Assembly: GCA_022813965.1 (NCBI GenBank)
Contig: JALDZS010000011.1
Coordinates: forward strand, 186,001 to 244,100
Direction of reading: 5' to 3'
Source: Toensbergia leucococca
Taxonomy: Eukaryota
DNA length: 58,100 nucleotides
In this document: positions 51,301 to 58,100 of the stretch, piece after piece
Position numbering within the stretch: the stretch's first letter is position 1
Layout of the letters: the number at the start of each line of letters is the position of its first letter
Notes under the pieces: generated by a model
Told to the model about the DNA's origin: nothing
Database searches by the model: none
The model's input: only the letters and a program-made list of their open reading frames with translations
Position numbers and translations under genes: made by a program

Positions 51301-54029
51301 CTCTTCTTCCACCACAGCAAGGTAACGCTACCGGGAATTCATACGCCTATCGTGGTTACCATGAAACGGCCTGGATCATCAATCGCTTCGCCCATGTGGC
51401 TCGTAAGCACCAATTACCGGATGTTTGTATCAGCCAACTAAGCAGGATCTACACCTTGCCAAACATCGAAATCCAAGAAGCCTTTCTCAAATTAAGGGAG
51501 CAAGCTAAGTGTCATTACCAAAACCGCAGCGAGCTTAGCAGTGGGTTAGATGTCATCAATAACACAAACTTGAACTACTTTGGACAACAGCAGAAAGCCG
51601 AGTTCTTTACTTTGAAAGGGATGTTCTTAGCTAAACTTGATCACAAAGATGAAGCGAATGATGCATTTGGCACAGCGCTATATTACGATATTCGTCTTCC
51701 AAAGGCCTGGGCTGAATGGGGCTTTTATAACGACAACATGTTCAAGGAGGAACCAAACAACATGGAACGTGCAGCAGCAGCAGTGAGTTGCTACCTTGAA
51801 GCCGCTGGTCTGTTTAAGAACGCGAAATCAAGAAAACTCTTGAGTCGCATCTTGTGGCTTTTGAGTGTCGACAATTCCGAAAACAGGATCTCGCAGGCGT
51901 TTGAAGAGTTCAAAGGAGAGACTCCGGTGTGGTATTGGATTACATTTATTCCACAACTACTGACAAGTCTATCTCATCGCGAAGCTAGACTTTCCCGGGC
52001 CGTGTTGGTCAAGATTGCAAAGGTCTACCCACAAGCCTTGTATTTTCTCCTCAGGACGAACCGTGAGGATATGTTAGCCATTAAAAAGCAACAGGATCTA
52101 AAGCAGGAAAGACTCAACCAAGCAAAGCAGCCCTCTCCAGCTATAAAGCAAGGTTCACCGGAAACAAATCATCATACGTCAAATGGCCGAGTCGATGGCG
52201 CATCAAGACCAGGGACGGCAAACGGGGAAACTAGTCAGAACGGCGGGAACAGGTCGCCGAAGCGAGAAGTTAACGGTCAGCCTCAGTCTGCTACTGAACA
52301 AGAAGCTGAGCAACCACCTGCACCCAAAAAGCCCTGGGAATATTCAGATGAGATCATGTCTGTATTGAAAACAGCATTCCCTCTGCTTGCACTCTCTATG
52401 GAGACAATGGTGGACCAGATTCAAAAGCATTTCAAATGCCCCCCAGATGAGGATGCCTACAGGTTGATCGTTGCATTGCTCAATGATGGTTTATCGGTAT
52501 GTATCGATTGCTTTCATGAACTCGATGGAAATGAAGAGATTGTTAATAGGCCCTAGTACATTGGTCGTACCCCAACTGCGTATGCGCAAGACTACAAGCT
52601 GCCCATTGCGACAGAAGCGAACATACGGAAATTCGCCGAGACAATACTCCCGACACATATTCGCGGCTCGTTTGAAGAGGACTTCGTGGCGAGAAAACCA
52701 ACCATGTACGAGTATGTGCACAAATTGCGAAAGTGGAGAGACAAATTCGAGGAGAAGCTTGATCGTAGGTCTCAGCATCAGAGTCTAGAGCTCTACAGCC
52801 CTCATTTGAGCGAGTTCCGCTTCCAGAAGTTTGATGAGGTTGAAGTGCCTGGCCAGTATTTGCAGCATCGCGACAAGAACCAAGACTTTATCAGAATTGA
52901 ACGATTCTTACCGAACGTCGATCTCGTACGGAGTGTTGGATTTTCTCATCGTCGACTAAAGATTCGAGGCCATGATGGTAGTATCCACCCTTTTGCCATA
53001 CAACACCCTGCTGCAAGACACTGCCGAAGAGAAGAGAGAATTCTACAGCTTTTCCGCATCTTCAACGGTGTTTTAGCAAAAAGGAAGGAGAGCCGCCGTC
53101 GCAATCTTAACTTCTACCTACCCCTCATGGTTCCTCTGGCACCTTCCATTCGACTCGTCCAGGATGATGCTTCTTATGTCTCCCTACAAGGTGTTTTCGA
53201 AGACTATTGCAGGCGCCATGGTGCCAATAAAGACGAGCCTGTCTTGTTCACCATGGACAAAATGAGGGCAATGACTGAGATGAGGACCAACGTAAGTCTT
53301 TCACAACGCCAACGCAGAGATGATCAGGCTTACCAAATTTTCCAGAAGCTACCCGATCAGGCTAACAACCTACGGATGGAAACTTTCACGGCAATCCAAG
53401 ACAAGTGGGTTCCTAATACCATCGCGCTTGAATATTTCCAACAGATCTACCCCTCTTTCTCCGACTTTTGGCTCTTCCGACGCCAATTTTCCTATCAGCT
53501 CGCAGCATTAACATTCATGACTTATGTCATGCACATGACAGCCCGCTATCCTCACAAATTGTCCATTGCCCGAAGCACCGGTAATGTCTGGGGTTCCGAG
53601 TTGATCCCCGCCATGGCATCGGGGAGACCAGTTTTCCACAATAACGAGGTTGTTCCCTTTAGGTTGACGCCCAACCTGCAAACCCTGATGGGCCCGATTG
53701 CAACCGAGGGCATTTTCTCCTGTGCAATCATGGCTATCGCGCGCTGTCTCACGGACCCAGAATACGAACTGGAGCAGCAACTTAGCATCTTCGTGAGGGA
53801 CGAAATGATATTCTGGTTTACGCAGCAGCATCGGAGTGGGTTGCAAGAGACGCAGTTGAGGGAGACGGTGCAGGCTAATAGCGATATCGTGGTCAAGAAA
53901 GCGGTTAGCTTGGCGCGGCCGCCGGAGGGGAATCTGCCCGCGAATCAGACGGTCATTGATCTTGTCAGCCGGGCAGTCAATCCGTTTAATCTGGCGCAGA
54001 GCGATCCGCTTTGGATGGCTTATTTGTGA
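42379..54029 (+). CDS. TRA1: Tra1/TRRAP, PIKK-family pseudokinase scaffold of SAGA and NuA4; five exons (introns about 42434-42492, 42651-42713, 52497-52556, 53292-53345)
   Basis: About 3,800 aa; HEAT repeats ([16 protein letters not shown]), FAT ([19 protein letters not shown]), PI3K-like ([22 protein letters not shown]), FATC end [12 protein letters not shown]. Confidence 0.98.
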
Positions 54030-55417
54030 AATGATTGGGGAGATGGTAAAACAAGGTGAGGGGCCAGGCGTTTTCCGGGGGAGTTTTGGGAGGCAGGGCT
54101 TGGTGCACTGCGTAGGGATTGGAGATGGCTTTGCTTAGCGAGGTGTTTGGGGGGCTGTTTCTTTGCATTTCTTGGGAGTTGGCAAGGTCACTTTTTATTG
54201 CTATGGGAAAGACGTTCATGGGGATATCTTAAGAGGAGGGAGGATAGCCTTAGCGATTGTTGCTAGGGAAATAGAAATCCAGCTTTCTTCACAAATTGTT
54301 TTTGTTTTTTCTTCTTTGTTGGTTTGGGTATGAGATTTTATTTACTCCGTGAGGTTCATGTGTGTGTACTATGTGAGCTCAGATGTTCTCTGGAGGTAGG
54401 GTATGCGATGTAGGTAAGGTAGATTTAAAAGCGAGGTTGATGGCCTTGTATCTAGATCCTTTGTACTCTGCTTCCTTCCCCTTCACCTCACTCACCCACC
54501 CCCGCCCCCCTTTCCGGGCCTGTGCCTTGAATATCTCACAACTGTCCATCCCTCTCCCTTTCCCTGTGAGAGATCACTACTCCTCTAGTAGGTAGACCGC
54601 CTTTCTGACTCATACCTCAGACACCCCACCCCCCCCCAACACACTTTTTTTTTTTTGTATTCTCTAAAAATTTACTTGGTTATTTGGGTTTTTTCAGATC
54701 TTCTTCTTTTTTTGTTTTTTTTTGTGGATTGAGTTGGGGTCTGTGGGATTAGAGTCTTTTGTTTGAGTGAGGGGTTGGGTTTGGCAGGGCTTTGGGGAAT
54801 TTTCTTCTTTCTGGAGAGAAAGCTGTAGTTAGGTATTGTGAGTTTGGTTTGGGGAACTAGCGTTTGATAGGTGTATGTTTTGTCTGCTCAGGTGATTGTA
54901 GGCTGTTGGTCAAGGCGGCTGTACGGGAATAGGGAAAGGTTTGCGAGGGGTTTGTCCTGGGATTCCAAGGCCTTTCTTATACAACGTGACGATCGCGTTT
55001 GTGACTACTCTTTTCATCTCGTCGCTACTGGCACTGAGAGGCTTGACGTTTGGTCTCAAAGTCCGTGTGTGACTGATACTTGAAAATTCTATTGACAGCT
55101 TCTCCGCTTGCTTCCCTCCGCTGCCAGTACCAATAAGACTGAATTGTAGGCCGCTAGGTAGAAGTACAGAAGTAATTGCAAACTGGCTCAAGACTAGCGG
55201 TAGCTAGATACAAAAAAATACATAATCGAGCTGAGCGGTTTGCTGGAATGGCAATGAAGTATACCTGCAAGATGGTATAACATATGAAGGGATACAGACG
55301 AAAAGTCCTACGGTGGACTGATTTGAGGCGGCCTGGATATCTGGTGAACGAGCACTACCCAATATTCTGAATTTCAGAATATGAAACGACGTTCAAGCTT
55401 CCAAATATCAACAAGAA

Positions 55418-55618
55418 GCTCGGATGGTGTAGTGGTAACACGTCAGGTTCAGAACGGAGCCGGTTAACGATTTCACGAGTTTCCTTTCACGCGATGCGCT
55501 TTTCAAGCGTTTCTAGCGATAGCGAGCGAGCGTCTGACTTTTCAGTCTTGGCTTCGGCCTTGACTCCGTGGCCGTCTAACCAACCTGAAGATTGTGAGTT
55601 CGATTCTCACTCCGAGTA
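55418..55618 (+). tRNA. Intron-containing tRNA gene, anticodon CAG (nominal Leu) with class-I short variable loop; intron 55454-55582
   Basis: Acceptor GCTCGGA/TCCGAGT plus A73; D arm GTGT-AGTGGTA-ACAC; anticodon stem TCAGG/CCTGA, loop TT-CAG-A|A; variable AGATT; T arm GTGAG-TTCGATT-CTCAC. Confidence 0.9.
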
Positions 55619-55623
55619 GTCTC

Positions 55624-55638
55624 TTTTTGACTCTTTTT
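55624..55638 (+). terminator. RNA polymerase III oligo-T terminator of the tRNA gene
   Basis: Two T5 runs (55624-55628, 55634-55638) just after the discriminator base. Confidence 0.75.
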
Positions 55639-56813
55639 GCTCTGATTCATCGCTTCTGGAAGCTTGCTTCCTATGTTCTTTCGATTCACGCATCAGTTGG
55701 AATTCACCTTCTTTTGGGTGGGGTAGGGCTTTACTTAGAATTAGTCAGGGCGTGGGTGTTGTCAGATGCTTCCTTTTGTCGACTCCATTAGATGAAGAGA
55801 ATTCATGTAGATACCCGGAATATTGCGGGTGTCCACATCCCGTTTGTCGAAGGCAGTGAGTGAAAGGATTCAAAATTCAAGAAGATATTAGGCTTAGTCT
55901 TCTCGTCATAAGACCTTTTTACCTTCCGAGAGCAGCTCTGCGTCTCCCCGAGGATCAAAGCAGGTCTGACCTCTCAAATCGACAAATGCCAGCCCACAAG
56001 TGTTGACTCGTCGCGGTATATCCGTGCGTTCCAGATGTGAATTGAGAGGACTTCTTCCAGCAATTGGTCAACGCTTACGGAGTAGCTGCAAAATAGATTG
56101 GTAGATTCCCTCGCTGCCATTAAGTGAGTCGACTGATATCTAAAGGGTACGAGGGTACAAGTTTGTCTGGAGTATAGTAAAGATGCTACCGAATATTTCA
56201 GCTACGTCGACCTCGGACGTCGTCTTGCTGATGATCTAGCTATATGTGTACAGGTCCCTCGCTACTCTAGTGGGATGCCTCATGCTTACCTAAGGTATCT
56301 TACGTGCTTACTTTCTTGTCTCCTCAAGCATGTGTAGAAAGCATCTAAATCTCTGCCTTCCCTCCGTATGGAAAGGGTTGGTATATTGTTATCATGAAGT
56401 TTTCGGCCTGCTTTCCCCGTGACCCGTGAGGGTGGGGGTGGGTGAAGGAGCTTTGATGAATTGCTCCACACCTTGGCTGCGCCTTAGGTAGGCTCGAGGT
56501 CAGCGTATCAAGAAAGATTCTGCCTTGGCGACATTTAGTCCGTACTGGCAATGAGGCTGTCAATCTGCGCCATTTATGCGCCGGTGTAAAGGTCACACAT
56601 ACCGTGGCTTGGACCGAAGCTTGCATGTCGTCTTCGCGAGGCTGATTTAATCTAACCTCTGGTGTTCTTGAACTTGCTCTTACTGGTATTCCTGTTTCCA
56701 AAGGGATTTGATCAAGACATACGTGCGTTGGGTGCTTTGTTCTACTTCTGATTTGCTAATTACATGTGTGCACTTCTCAAGGCCTTGATGCTGAATTAGC
56801 TGCTGAAAGCAAT

Positions 56814-58100
56814 ATGGATTGCTGGATTTGCTGTCAATGCCATGGTCCCAATCTCTGTGCACTGGCTTCCGAAGGATGTCCGACTTGCCCACACGCTCGC
56901 TGTGCGAACTGCGCAGATCCTAAAGAACAATCTTGGGCGAGCAAACCCAGAAATTCCTCAGAGGCGAAATTGATTACAACCAAATATTCTGTTGCAGAAA
57001 CAGTGTCATCTGAATCGAAAACCAGTCGTGTCAGGTCAAAGCGTATCTGCGATGGATACCCACCTCGTTCTGGATCCCGCAGACCACTTGAGGCCAAAAG
57101 ACTTATTCTTGAAGTAGCGGAAGCTTCCACAAAATCTTCAGAGCAAAGTGACCGTGGTCGCACGATGGTACCTGTCGGTTTGGGGAGCGACTCTCACGAC
57201 GATGGGTACTTCATGTCACAGGATGAGAGCCTAAATCTAGCACAGCAGCAACCTGGGCCTCGCCATTATCCTTTGCGGTCTCGCGGCATGCCTGCTACGC
57301 TCGATGGCTCAAGTCGCGAAACTCAAATGGATGAATTTCCCAGCGTTCGGCACTCTCAGTCTCACGTAATGCCCTCATATGAGACACACAGGCGGCCAAG
57401 ACTTTTAGAGAAACCTACACCGATAAATTCTCCGTCACTAAGAGTAATACCATGGATAACCTCAGGTATGGTGTTGAAGTTCTTCGAGCCTCGCTTGAAG
57501 CCAAACAGAGTCCGCATTCGATGGCAATGCCGTTGTGGATACAAGTCATATGACGACTTCACCGAGATTCGACCGGGAGCTGCGAAGGAATACGAGCACC
57601 AACTTGCGCAACATTCTACCGATGGAGAAGATTCAGCCGTCGAACTTAAACCGGGGTCCGCAGCATGCAGCGGTTCTAAACTGACAACATTCTCTCGCAT
57701 AGCAAAATGGTGGCAAAAAAGTACCATTTCTCCCCTCCCTCGATATCAAGTCCAGAATAATCATTCTTGCCGCTCTTCTGAGCCTAACTCTGTCGCTGAG
57801 AATTTGTTCTTGCTGCTATGTATTTCTCACAGGACGCACGCCACAAAGCTTCTACAACTCAATGTTCAAGATCTCGAGTCGGACCAGCAACTATTCAGAC
57901 TCCTTCACTCCCAATAACACAAGATGCGTGGACAACTCAAACGCAACTTATCTCTGAAAAATATCAAGAGTATACAATTCGTCCAATTTGAGATGTACAA
58001 ATCTGAACTTGTGGATATCCGAAAAGAAGACGATATCCCTCCAGAGAGTCGACAAGACGAATATCGATATTGTCCTGTACCTGCAGAACTCATTCCTCCG
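56814..58100 (+). CDS. Fungal hypothetical protein (N-terminal Cys-rich Zn-ribbon, WxCxCG motif) with an in-frame TAA at 57915-57917; runs off the window
   Basis: WICCQC...CPTCPHARCANC; RIRWQCRCGYKSYDDF; LFLLLC...SDQQLF; frame continues past the stop as HKMRG...SIQFVQFEMYKSELVDIRKEDDIPP...EYRYCP.PAELIPP. Confidence 0.7.

Noticed and set aside
43394..53896. Many antisense and alternative-frame ORFs inside TRA1, VPS1, VMA1 and the ligase
   Set aside because: Expected shadow ORFs of long coding sequences
7609..54029. Genome-wide CUG reassignment implied by the odd tRNA
   Set aside because: The CTG codons checked in VMA1 and VPS1 sit at conserved Leu positions
55449..55451. Reading the tRNA as a TCA (Sec or opal suppressor) tRNA that could rescue the permease TGA
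   Set aside because: The 5-bp stem TCAGG/CCTGA places CAG at positions 34-36; no long Sec acceptor or variable arm
55418..55618. CAG tRNA as a dedicated CUG initiator (e.g. for GID7)
   Set aside because: Lacks initiator hallmarks: A1:U72, three consecutive G:C pairs in the anticodon stem, A54/A60
1..58100. CRISPR array, rRNA genes or a secondary-metabolite backbone gene
   Set aside because: No repeat-spacer arrays, rRNA-like sequence or PKS/NRPS/terpene synthase motifs seen

Overview
Intron-rich genomic DNA from a filamentous ascomycete (Pezizomycotina). Two blocks of conserved housekeeping genes flank an accessory region. Left block: glycogen synthase (partial), GID7/WDR26-like WD40 protein, V-ATPase subunit A without intein, Vps1 dynamin, and an uncharacterised fungal ATP-dependent DNA ligase. 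Right block: TFIIIC tau95 and Tra1. The ~20 kb between them (about 18.7-39.1 kb) holds an amino-acid/choline permease with a nonsense codon, two paralogous dimeric alpha/beta-barrel (ABM-like) genes, an SDR, an NmrA-like gene with a nonsense codon, a DUF3445 gene, a frameshifted PhyH-type dioxygenase, a SET-domain pseudogene and a truncated tyrosine-recombinase (DIRS/Ngaro) retroelement. The most unusual element is a fully paired, intron-containing tRNA gene at 55418-55618. It has a Leu anticodon (CAG) but a class-I, short-variable-loop body with A37, resembling elongator tRNA-Met, while CUG still encodes conserved Leu in neighbouring genes. Also notable are an AUG-free in-frame N-terminal extension of GID7 (candidate CUG start), a long hairpin in the ligase intron, and single in-frame stops at apparently conserved Trp/Tyr positions. 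All family calls come from motif recognition by eye; no searches were run.
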